From: Candidatus Altiarchaeota archaeon | GTDB taxonomy: Archaea > SpSt-1190 | DNA: 55,466 nucleotides | Assembly: GCA_030590165.1 (NCBI GenBank) | Contig: JAUUZA010000002.1 | Span: 1 to 55,466, forward strand | Reading direction: 5' to 3' | In this document: one piece after another, positions 35,501 through 43,625 of the stretch | Position numbering within the stretch: the stretch's first letter is position 1 | How the letters are laid out: each line of letters starts with the position of its first letter | Program-made: the position numbers and the translations under genes | The notes under the pieces: generated by a model | What the model saw: the letters and a program-made list of their open reading frames with translations, nothing else | Database searches by the model: none | What the model was told of the DNA's origin: nothing

Positions 35501-36910
35501 TTAATTAGAAGAAGGTTCACAAGAAACATTAAACACACCCAAACTACCTAAAACTAACTTCTGTTTTTTCAATAAAGTAACATTACAATTTGTCAAATAT
35601 TTATCAATTGAATTATCCAAACTTTCTTTAGGATTACGTATTAGAATATATTTTTCAGAAATATTTGAAATCAGTGGTGCATCTAAAATTAATTTATTAG
35701 GGTAAAAGAATTTTAGACCTGTGGAGGGTGAAAAAATAATTTTATCCGTTTCATCTATTATTGATAATTTAAATGTTTCTTCCAAAATCTCCTCTGTTAT
35801 CGAAAGACAATATAATTCTGGAGAAAATAACATAAATATTGAAATAAAAATTAAAGAGTAATCTAAAAATTCTGATTTTAAAAAACTTGAAGAAAATATA
35901 ATCAAAAAGGTTGCAGGAATTAATGAATAACGAATACCGTGGTCGTGTGTTGTAAAAAATGAGCCAAACTCAAAACTTGTAAAAATTAAAAATGAAATGA
36001 AAAATGAAAAAAGAAAAACTTTAGTAACTAAATCTGTTTTTTCCTTTTTTGTCAAAATCCTAAACAGCACTACAAAAAACAAAAAAATATTGAAGAAGGG
36101 AAAGGTTGTGAAAAACTTTAAATTCCCTTCAAGATTATTCATAAACTGACTCAATCTTGCATTTGGTGAAAGTTCCCAGGTTATTTGATTAGTGGCTCTT
36201 GAAAACATATGTACTGACGAAAAAAGAAAATTGAAAATTAAGAAGGCTAAAAGAAATTTCTTATTTTTATCTTTTATTAATTTAATTTTCATAATAATAA
36301 TCAAAATAAAGGGTGAAGCTATTATGAAATTTTCAGGTCTTATGTGAAAGAAAAAGGAAAAAGAACCAATTAATAATTCTAAATTTTTTTTATCTTTAAT
36401 AAAATCAATAAAAAATTTAATAGAAACTAAAAGAAAAAATAGAGAAGATATTTCAGAAACAAAGGTCTTTTGAAGTCTCAATCTTGAAAAACATAAAGAA
36501 AACAAAATAGTTGTTATAAATGCAACTTTCTCAGATTTCCAATTTCTCAATGCTAAAAACAACACCAGTGGCGTAATTAAATTCAAAACTGTATTTAAAA
36601 TTTTGGCAGAAAGAAGTGCACTAAATCCAAATCTCATAAAAACACTATAAATAAAACTCAACCCCAAAGGACGAGAAACCTGAGAAGCTGAAAAAGGATC
36701 TGAAACAATTTTTTCAGCTTCACTTAAATAAAAAAATTCTCCAAATACAAGAATCTTCGGCGTTTTAAGCATTAATAAACACAAAGAAACAAATAAAATA
36801 CTAATAAGATACTTCAAATTCTTCTTACAAAACTTAAGTTTTCTTAATGAAAATAAAAAGAAACTAAATGAGAATAAAATAACAAAGGGATAAATTTGTG
36901 AAGTATTCAT
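35501..36910 (-). CDS. polytopic GT-C-like glycosyltransferase (ArnT/PMT_2-like), paralog A
   Basis: About 11 TM helices, an early loop acidic motif (GEFFYLSEAE), conserved IRPENFI, and a C-terminal extracytoplasmic domain with two Cys. Paralogous to 43626-45005. Confidence 0.4.
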   Translation of the reverse strand: MNTSQIYPFVILFSFSFFLFSLRKLKFCKKNLKYLISILFVSLCLLMLKTPKILVFGEFFYLSEAEKIVSDPFSASQVSRPLGLSFIYSVFMRFGFSALLSAKILNTVLNLITPLVLFLALRNWKSEKVAFITTILFSLCFSRLRLQKTFVSEISSLFFLLVSIKFFIDFIKDKKNLELLIGSFSFFFHIRPENFIIASPFILIIIMKIKLIKDKNKKFLLAFLIFNFLFSSVHMFSRATNQITWELSPNARLSQFMNNLEGNLKFFTTFPFFNIFLFFVVLFRILTKKEKTDLVTKVFLFSFFISFLIFTSFEFGSFFTTHDHGIRYSLIPATFLIIFSSSFLKSEFLDYSLIFISIFMLFSPELYCLSITEEILEETFKLSIIDETDKIIFSPSTGLKFFYPNKLILDAPLISNISEKYILIRNPKESLDNSIDKYLTNCNVTLLKKQKLVLGSLGVFNVSCEPSSN

Positions 36911-37047
36911 CAGTAGCTTAGGTTTTGTTTCATTTTAAAAGTTGTCAATACAATAAAAATAAATTACCTTTTTTCTCTTTTTTAACAAAATTTAATTAAA
37001 TTTCAACCCACAAACCTTAAAACTTACTTCCTCAACACACAATAGTA

Positions 37048-37195
37048 GGGGTCATGAGGTAACGGTAGCCTGGCAGGCTCCAGTTATGGAGCGCTGACCT
37101 TGTTTCTGTCTTATACCGTTGACAGAACTTGGAATGATCTAGAGCGGGTACATAGGAGAGACCTGCTCGCGGGGGTTCAAATCCCCCTGACCCCA
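37048..37195 (+). tRNA. tRNA-Trp(CCA) with a 77-nt canonical-position intron (37084-37160)
   Basis: Acceptor GGGGTCA/TGACCCC with discriminator A. D arm AGGT-AACGGTA-GCCT. Anticodon stem GCAGG (37073-77)/CCTGC (37162-66). Loop CU-CCA-G|intron|A. T arm GGGGG-TTCAAAT-CCCCC. hBHBh' fold: helix CTCC/GGAG flanked by 3-nt bulges AGT and AGA, with outer helix TATG/CATA. Mature length 71 nt. No encoded CCA. Confidence 0.8.
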
Positions 37196-37385
37196 TTTTA
37201 AACCAATTTTTAATAAATTTAACAAGAATAATCCGAACCCTTAAAAACCCTCAAAAAAGATATATTTGCTAAAGAAGAAAATAATGTGAAAGCGCCTATA
37301 GCATAAATATTGCGGGCAATTTTTTTGTTTAAAGTCTTAAGGAGATTGAACAGATCGAATCACACATAAATCAAAGTTCACGCAA

Positions 37386-37817
37386 GTGAATAATTTAATT
37401 GATTTTTCTAGGCAAATGGAGAAAATAAAAATGAGTGAATATATATCACAACAAGAAACAATTTTAGAAAGAATGAATGAAAACCAAGAAACCTTTTTAG
37501 AAAAAACGGATGAAAAACAAAAAACCTTTTTAGAGGGAATGAATGAAAAAAAACAATATAACAGAAACCAACGTTATGAAGACTTTATGAAAAAAATCGA
37601 CATCTCACTTCAAAATGGAGAAGGCGGTATTAAATTTTTTTATTTGTCTTCAATGAACAATCTTGCATGTAATGAATTAAATATCCTAGAAACTGTTGCA
37701 AAAAATCTAGGAATACATTTCAAGTACCAAAAAGGAAATGTTTCTGCATCTTACTCGAAAAGATTAATACCAGGTGCAAACAAAGTTCTTATTAGTTTTG
37801 GTCAAACACAAGAATAA
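37386..37817 (+). CDS. hypothetical protein with 11-aa tandem repeats
   Basis: 143 aa, GTG start, repeats QETILERMNEN/QETFLEKTDEK/QKTFLEGMNEK. Confidence 0.3.
   Translation: MNNLIDFSRQMEKIKMSEYISQQETILERMNENQETFLEKTDEKQKTFLEGMNEKKQYNRNQRYEDFMKKIDISLQNGEGGIKFFYLSSMNNLACNELNILETVAKNLGIHFKYQKGNVSASYSKRLIPGANKVLISFGQTQE
37452..37550 (+). repeat. 3 x 33-nt in-frame tandem repeat
   Basis: CAAGAAACAATTTTAGAAAGAATGAATGAAAAC / CAAGAAACCTTTTTAGAAAAAACGGATGAAAAA / CAAAAAACCTTTTTAGAGGGAATGAATGAAAAA. Confidence 0.8.
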
Positions 37818-37871
37818 TCATTTTAGGGAAACGCATCCCTTTTTTTAATTTTTTTATATTCCAACATAAAA

Positions 37872-38786
37872 TTAAGATTGATATGTATACTCAGTCGAAG
37901 GAAACATTTCCTCGGCAAATTTTTTGAACTGTTCCATTAAAACAATTTTTGCAGATTTATTCTTAGGTTTAATCCAAATTTCGTTGTTACGTCCCGGAGC
38001 AATCTTAAAAAAATAATGCGGGTCAATTTTATTACCTCCATATGAAAAATAAACTGGAGATTCTTTTTTGAAATCAATTTTTTCATACGCCTTAGTTTGT
38101 TTATTATAATGTCGAATATCCTTATTAATACAAACAGGCCCTGAAATAGTATGTTTTACACTTGAATTTTCAATTGGCATCAAAACTTCTTGTGCTGCAC
38201 GATTGAGAATTTCTTTAACTTTATTTAATGCAGTTGCTTTGATTACCCCATCGCCGAAATATTCCTCTGAGAGATTTCCTATAGTACTTGTTGAAGGTAA
38301 ATATTTATGATCTATTCGATGCATTAGTGAATTTTTCCTAAATTCTAAATCAGAAAAAGCAATTTCAAATTTACTAAAATCTTCTTTAGTTCCAAACTTA
38401 GGTAAGTTACTTCCACCCATTTTAGTTTCAACCCAAGAAAAGGGCTCTGCTCTTGAAAATGTTCCTTCATTATATGCCTTAAACTTATAACAATAAGGTT
38501 CAGTTATTGGAATTTCTAAAACTTCTTCAATTTTATAAAAAAAGTCATTTCTATATTCATAACCTGAAATTATAAGAGATTCATTTTTATTGGTCAAGGG
38601 ATTTAGAGCTGGGGAAACTTCAAAAAATCCACACCCACCTTCTTTATAAACTTCTTCAATTTCAATTGGAAAAATAATAAATGTTTTATGATAATAACCA
38701 AAACCAACTGTTGAAATTTCCTCTGTTTCTAAAAAACAAAACAAATCAGAATCTTTATCAACCTTATTTACTAATGACAAACCCAT
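37872..38786 (-). CDS. hypothetical protein
   Basis: 304-aa ORF with no TM, aromatic-rich. No family recognised. Confidence 0.35.
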   Translation of the reverse strand: MGLSLVNKVDKDSDLFCFLETEEISTVGFGYYHKTFIIFPIEIEEVYKEGGCGFFEVSPALNPLTNKNESLIISGYEYRNDFFYKIEEVLEIPITEPYCYKFKAYNEGTFSRAEPFSWVETKMGGSNLPKFGTKEDFSKFEIAFSDLEFRKNSLMHRIDHKYLPSTSTIGNLSEEYFGDGVIKATALNKVKEILNRAAQEVLMPIENSSVKHTISGPVCINKDIRHYNKQTKAYEKIDFKKESPVYFSYGGNKIDPHYFFKIAPGRNNEIWIKPKNKSAKIVLMEQFKKFAEEMFPSTEYTYQS

Positions 38787-38874
38787 GGAAAGTCATCCAC
38801 AGCAGGTTTAAATTACTGACACCCGTTACTTTATCCAACCATCAATTTTTTATTTGTCTTAAACAAACTAAACT

Positions 38875-39300
38875 ATGTTGCGTTACAGTATAGGTGACAT
38901 AAAAGTTTCTGAGGAAATTATGGGAACATATATGCAAGTCAAAGACCTTCTTGAAGAAAAAAAATTCTTTGAAGCTCATACATTAAATCAAACTCTTGAC
39001 CCTTCAATACAAATAAAATTTTTTTCAAAAATAGATTTAGAAGTCATAACCCTTTTATCTAGTTATTACAACCTAAACGAAATATATGACAATTTAATTA
39101 AAACCGTTTCTAATAAAAAAACAACAGATAAATATCTCCTATCAAGACAACAATTTAATAACACCTTCAAAAAAACATATACTTCCCTCATTTCACAAAT
39201 TGAAACTCTTTATGAAACTTTAGACTCTTTATTACAAAAAGAAACCAAAGATGTAAAAAAATATGTTACGCTTCTTAAAGGACGCAGAGACCATAAATGA
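38875..39300 (+). CDS. hypothetical helical protein
   Basis: 141-aa ORF. No family recognised. Confidence 0.3.
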   Translation: MLRYSIGDIKVSEEIMGTYMQVKDLLEEKKFFEAHTLNQTLDPSIQIKFFSKIDLEVITLLSSYYNLNEIYDNLIKTVSNKKTTDKYLLSRQQFNNTFKKTYTSLISQIETLYETLDSLLQKETKDVKKYVTLLKGRRDHK

Positions 39301-39379
39301 ACTTTTTTAGACTATCCTCACCTAAATTAAAAAAAATAAAAATAAAATTAGAAAAAGCAAATCCCAATTAAGGGAAAAC

Positions 39380-39544
39380 TTACCTACGTCTCTTAGCAAA
39401 ACATTCTTTGCAATAAACTGGTCTACCTTGTGTTGGTTCAAATGGAACTGTGCATTCTTGTTTACATTCTGCACAAATTGCTTTAAACACCTTAGGAGGC
39501 CCACGGTCACGATCTCGTGACGGTCCTCTTCTGAATTCTCCCAT
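39380..39544 (-). CDS. small zinc-ribbon protein with Arg-rich N-terminus
   Basis: Hand-translated 54 aa: MGEFRRGPSRDRDRGPPKVFKAICAECKQECTVPFEPTQGRPVYCKECFAKRRR. CxxC...CxxC with the VPF.P...RPVYC..C pattern. It is in a different frame from, and more plausible than, track ORF 39322-39510. Confidence 0.55.
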   Translation of the reverse strand: MGEFRRGPSRDRDRGPPKVFKAICAECKQECTVPFEPTQGRPVYCKECFAKRRR

Positions 39545-39659
39545 GTAACGACATCTACATTTGTTATTTAAAAGCGTTTATTAAATAATTTTAAAATTGA
39601 GGTATTTTTTTACTCTTTTTTTTACTTTTCTTTATAAAAACTAAGGAATAAGAAATATA

Positions 39660-40670
39660 ATGACATTTAATGGAATAGTAGAAAGTGCAAGGCATTATGC
39701 CCTTTCAGTCTTTAAAAAAGATAAAAAGTTATTGAAACACACAGAAGATGTTGTTAACTTATGTAAAAAATTTGGAAGGGGACTTGATTTTGAAGTCTTA
39801 ATGGTTTCAGCATATCTTCACGATATTGGACAAACTCGAGACAAAAATAATCATCATAAAGCAGGAGCTGAAATGGTTGAAATTTGGTTAAAAAAACACG
39901 GAGCAGATAAAGATTTTACCCAAGAAGTTATTCATTGTATTTCTGAACATGGAAAAAAGGGCAAGCCAAAGAGTGAAGAAGCTTTATTTCTAAAACAAGT
40001 GGACGGTGTTTCATTTTTTAAGTGGAGTACAACTGTCTCACTCTTTACAAATATTGTTTTCAGAAAAAGACAATCTAGAAAAGAAGTTTCAAGACAATTA
40101 TCTTTGGTTTTAAAAAAAATAACTGATAAGAAACTTTTAGATGAAGCCGAACGTAGATATAAAAAAGTGAAGTTTTTTGCACCAGGAATTTGTTTCAAAG
40201 ACGTTAGGATGAAAAGTACAGTTCTTAAAATTGCTAAAACTCTAAAAGAATCAAAAATAAAATATGTATTAATTGGTGGTGCAGGCCTTAGAATCAGAGG
40301 AGTAAATGTTAATTCAAGAAGTATAGATATTTTGACTAATAAAAAAGGGGCACTTAAATTTCAAGAACTTTTTGAATCTGAAGTTAACACACCTGTTCGT
40401 TTTGTAAAAACAAATAATTATCGAACTTGGTTTGGGAAATTTGATATTAATAAATTTAGTGTTGAAGTCATGGGAAACTTAGAAAAAAAAGTGAAGGGTG
40501 AATGGACAACACCAAAACTTCCAAAAACCTCTCCAATAAAATTAGAAGGCGTTCATCTTAATGTGATGAACTTAAGTGAAGAAATTGAAATTTATGAAAA
40601 ATTGGGTCTTGATATCGACCCAAAAAAAATTAAGAAAATAAGAGAATTTATTCAACCTGTGAAACTTTAG
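39660..40670 (+). CDS. HD(HDIG) phosphohydrolase domain fused to a nucleotidyltransferase-fold domain
   Basis: N-terminal H...HD: LLKHTEDV...SAYLHDIGQT...HHKAG...ISEHG. C-terminal IKYVLIGGAGLRIRGVNVNSRSIDILT matches the GG.a....G..R.t.DiD minimal-NTase pattern, with the second Asp replaced by Leu. Confidence 0.6.
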   Translation: MTFNGIVESARHYALSVFKKDKKLLKHTEDVVNLCKKFGRGLDFEVLMVSAYLHDIGQTRDKNNHHKAGAEMVEIWLKKHGADKDFTQEVIHCISEHGKKGKPKSEEALFLKQVDGVSFFKWSTTVSLFTNIVFRKRQSRKEVSRQLSLVLKKITDKKLLDEAERRYKKVKFFAPGICFKDVRMKSTVLKIAKTLKESKIKYVLIGGAGLRIRGVNVNSRSIDILTNKKGALKFQELFESEVNTPVRFVKTNNYRTWFGKFDINKFSVEVMGNLEKKVKGEWTTPKLPKTSPIKLEGVHLNVMNLSEEIEIYEKLGLDIDPKKIKKIREFIQPVKL

Positions 40671-40878
40671 AATACTCCAAATTCGCATATGCCATCATAA
40701 AAGCATCACTAAGTAATCTAGCTCCAGATTCAGGAAGATCATTCTTTTGATATATATTCAAAAATAAAATTTTATCTCCTTCATTTATTTTCAAAATACT
40801 TTTATCTTCAAATACAAAACAATCATTTCCACGATATTCATTGCCAGAACTTATGCATTTTGAATAAGCATCGTCCAT
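40648..40878 (-). CDS. hypothetical protein
   Basis: 76-aa ORF. Its 3' end overlaps the convergent HD-NTase gene by 23 nt. Confidence 0.2.
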   Translation of the reverse strand: MDDAYSKCISSGNEYRGNDCFVFEDKSILKINEGDKILFLNIYQKNDLPESGARLLSDAFMMAYANLEYSKVSQVE

Positions 40879-40927
40879 TTTTCTTATAAGTTCATTAATA
40901 TTTTTACCCTTTGAAAGCGCTAAATAT

Positions 40928-41107
40928 TTAACAATCTAACTTTTCATTCGAATAACTCTTAATTTCATTCAAAATTGTTTGAGTAATCTGATCAATATTG
41001 TCTGAAAGATAAAAATTATTTTTTATTTCGTTCTTCATACTTTTACTACGACATAATGACTTTATAATACTTAGCAAAGACAAGTTTTTAAGAGAGAAGT
41101 GTTCCAT
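40928..41107 (-). CDS. hypothetical protein
   Basis: Track ORF 40928-41146 trimmed to the internal ATG (MEHFSLKNL...) because its first 13 codons overlap tRNA-Leu. Confidence 0.2.
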   Translation of the reverse strand: MEHFSLKNLSLLSIIKSLCRSKSMKNEIKNNFYLSDNIDQITQTILNEIKSYSNEKLDC

Positions 41108-41122
41108 ATGATAGTTTAAGAA

Positions 41123-41207
41123 GCGGGGGTGGCGGAGTCTGGCCAAACGCGCAGGACTTAGGATCCTGTCCCAAGTGGGTTCGTGTGTTCAAATCACATC
41201 CCCCGCA
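41123..41207 (+). tRNA. tRNA-Leu(UAG), class II
   Basis: GCGGGGG-TG-GCG..CGC, anticodon arm CAGGA-CTTAGGA-TCCTG, long variable arm TCCCAAGTGGGTTC, T arm GTGTG-TTCAAAT-CACAT, acceptor CCCCCGC with discriminator A. Confidence 0.9.
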
Positions 41208-41228
41208 AATTCCAATTAAATAAAAACC

Positions 41229-41879
41229 TTAACTTTTATTTTTAATTAATTTTAAAATTAAATTAATTGGTTCCTTCTCCTTTTCATTAATTATGACGTC
41301 TGCCCTTTTTTTATCGGGGAGAATATAACGTTTTTCACTTGGCAAAACATCTGCAACCCAATTTTTAATAATTTTATTTCTGCGTCTATCAAAACTCCAA
41401 GTATCTCTACTCAATCTACGTTCAAGTCTAACATTGGATTTTACATCAAGAAAAATTTTTAAATTCGTATTCAGCTTTGTTCGTTTATTTAGGGCCCAAA
41501 TTCCTTCCACAATAATAACTTCATTTGCAGTCACTTCCTTAAATTTTCTTGTTCCATTCTTTTTATTGTATATTGGCATGTTTACTTTTTTGTCTATTAA
41601 AATTTTTTCAATTGTTGAATGAAACAATTCCCAATTAAACACTTTTGGGTCATCATAATTTTTTCCTAAATCCAAATCAGTCCTTTCCACTTTAGTATAA
41701 AAAAAATTATCCATTTCAATAACAGTCGCATTAATCTTCTTAGCGAGTTTCTTTGCCAAAGTACTCTTTCCACTTGCAGAAGGCCCACCAATCAAAATCA
41801 ACACCTTAAATCTTTTCAAGATTACTAATAAACATTTTGATATAACTTGAACAAAGAAGACCAAACTTCCTAAATTCAT
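41229..41879 (-). CDS. udk: uridine kinase / PRK-family kinase
   Basis: GGPSASGKSTLAKKLA, EMDNFFY, NYDDPKVFNWELF, MPIYNKKNGTR, VIIVEGIWAL, KIFLDVKSNVRLERRLSRD. Confidence 0.7.
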   Translation of the reverse strand: MNLGSLVFFVQVISKCLLVILKRFKVLILIGGPSASGKSTLAKKLAKKINATVIEMDNFFYTKVERTDLDLGKNYDDPKVFNWELFHSTIEKILIDKKVNMPIYNKKNGTRKFKEVTANEVIIVEGIWALNKRTKLNTNLKIFLDVKSNVRLERRLSRDTWSFDRRRNKIIKNWVADVLPSEKRYILPDKKRADVIINEKEKEPINLILKLIKNKS

Positions 41880-41917
41880 TTAAACTTCTAAATTTTTATT
41901 AAAATGAGACATAAAAC

Positions 41918-42682
41918 ATGGAATTCTTAAACTTTGGAAAGGGAAGACTAGCATATACGGTTTTAGGGAAGGGAAAACCATTACTTTTTATCCATGGAAT
42001 GTTTACAGATAGCAGCACAACGGAAAAATTTACTGATGAACTTTCTAAAAAATATAAAGTAATTTCAATTGATTTACCTGGCCATGGACAATCAACATAC
42101 TGGACCCCAAAACTAAAAAATGTTGTAAAAAGTTTGAAAACATTAATGGCTCATTTAAATTTACCTGAATATTATTGTATAGGTCATTCACTTGGGGCAA
42201 TGATTGCAACTACCCTCGCAATTGAAGATTCAGGTGTAAAAAAAACAGCTTTACTTGTTCCAATTACATCTAAAAAACACACCTCAAAGGTTTTCATGAA
42301 AATACTTTTTGAATGTGTTAAAGAACGAAAAGTTTCTCCTAATTATTTTTTTAGAAAAGCATACATCCAAAATATTCTGCCCTTTTATTCAGAAGAAAAA
42401 ATTGAGAACAGAGTTCAAGAAATTTTAAGACAATCAAAACAAGCCTTAGTTTCAGGCGTTCTTTGGGGTTCTCAAACCAAAGTGTCTGAAAATATTCAAA
42501 AACTTGGTGATTCTTGTTTAGTTATTGCAGGAGATCATGATATCCTAGCTCCAATGAAATTTGCTGAAGGAATTTCCACTAATCTTGAAATAATAAGAAC
42601 AAACCACTCAGATGTTGATAGGGAACATCTGAAAACTGGAAAAAATAATTTATTTGTGAAATTTTTTGAAAAAACGAATTAG
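41918..42682 (+). CDS. alpha/beta-fold hydrolase
   Basis: LLFIHGMF, nucleophile elbow GHSLGAM, late DHD and H. Confidence 0.75.
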   Translation: MEFLNFGKGRLAYTVLGKGKPLLFIHGMFTDSSTTEKFTDELSKKYKVISIDLPGHGQSTYWTPKLKNVVKSLKTLMAHLNLPEYYCIGHSLGAMIATTLAIEDSGVKKTALLVPITSKKHTSKVFMKILFECVKERKVSPNYFFRKAYIQNILPFYSEEKIENRVQEILRQSKQALVSGVLWGSQTKVSENIQKLGDSCLVIAGDHDILAPMKFAEGISTNLEIIRTNHSDVDREHLKTGKNNLFVKFFEKTN

Positions 42683-42732
42683 AGAGAAAAGCTTTTTTAA
42701 GTCACAAAAAATGTTTATGAGTAAAGGTTGTT

Positions 42733-42806
42733 GCCCCAATAGCTCAGCCTGGTAGAGCGCTACCTTGGTAAGGTAGAGGTCCTGGGTTCAAGTCCCAGTT
42801 GGGGCT
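42733..42806 (+). tRNA. tRNA-Thr(GGU)
   Basis: GCCCCAA-TA-GCTC-AGCCTGGTA-GAGC-G-CTACC-TTGGTAA-GGTAG-AGGTC-CTGGG-TTCAAGT-CCCAG-TTGGGGC-T. Confidence 0.9.
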
Positions 42807-42843
42807 TAGAATACTTTTTTAAAATTCTAAAGTAAAGATACTA

Positions 42844-43449
42844 ATGAATATCTCAGAACTTCAAGATAAAATTGATAACATAGATCCAGAAGCAGAAAAA
42901 ATAATGGAAGACTTGGAAAAAGCATATTGCGGAGAATCTGTAAAAAACAAGGGGTATTTAGTAATTTCCAATGCCAATAAAATATTGGAATTAGACATAA
43001 ATTTTACTTATCTTTTCTCGGGAAAAGATTCCAATCTTAAACTACAAAAAATTAATTCAGATAAAGTTGCTGCAAGACCTGAAGAAATGGGTATTTTCGA
43101 CCTAGGTTATTTTATTTCAATACCAACTCAAGAATGGGCGGAAGTAAAATATGATTATGGAGACAATATGTGGAGAATAAAATCAATTGATATGAAAACA
43201 CATTATGAACCTAGAGGTACTTGGGGAAATCCTGAACTTAAACCAAATAATTATTACATAACACACGACCCTCCAAGAAAGAGTGATTCAATTTCTGAAG
43301 AAGGAAACGGTCGTGGATTAGGAAGTGGAACAAGAATTTGGTTGGGAAGTAGTCACGTTATATTGACTTATTTACTTGAAGACGCCCTAAAAGAAGAGTG
43401 GATTCAAGAACTTATTAAAAAAAACTACGACAATGTTTTTGTTAAATAG
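42844..43449 (+). CDS. hypothetical protein (only gene between tRNA-Thr and its duplicated 3' half)
   Basis: 201-aa ORF. No family recognised. Confidence 0.35.
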   Translation: MNISELQDKIDNIDPEAEKIMEDLEKAYCGESVKNKGYLVISNANKILELDINFTYLFSGKDSNLKLQKINSDKVAARPEEMGIFDLGYFISIPTQEWAEVKYDYGDNMWRIKSIDMKTHYEPRGTWGNPELKPNNYYITHDPPRKSDSISEEGNGRGLGSGTRIWLGSSHVILTYLLEDALKEEWIQELIKKNYDNVFVK

Positions 43450-43512
43450 TTGATAGTTTTTCTTCACTTTTTTGACTGAAATATTCCTTTTCATCATTTT
43501 TTGAAAAGTTTG

Positions 43513-43556
43513 TTGGTAAGGTAGAGGTTCTGGGTTCAAGTTCCAGTTGGGGCTTA
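43513..43556 (+). repeat. duplicated 3' half of tRNA-Thr (att-like direct repeat)
   Basis: TTGGTAAGGTAGAGGTTCTGGGTTCAAGTTCCAGTTGGGGCTTA matches 42765-42808 at 42 of 44 positions. It runs from the anticodon loop to 2 nt past the 3' end. No 5' half is present. Confidence 0.85.
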
Positions 43557-43625
43557 TCTATTCTATTGTATTTTTCTTGTTGATTCTTTTCGTTAAGCCT
43601 TTAAGTCTCTTTAAAAACCTTCTTT

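Noticed and set aside
37077-37092. GCTC-CAGTTATG-GAGC hairpin read as the D arm of the tRNA, implying a non-canonical intron near position 9
   Set aside because: An alternative fold gives a complete cloverleaf with a normal D arm (AGGT/GCCT), a perfect 5-bp anticodon stem and a textbook BHB at position 37/38. The hairpin spans the anticodon loop/intron junction instead.
39322-39510. 62-aa track ORF (MTVGLLRCLKQF...)
   Set aside because: It overlaps, in another frame, a far more convincing 54-aa CxxC..CxxC zinc-ribbon ORF (39380-39544). Its C-terminal half is a low-complexity L/F run.
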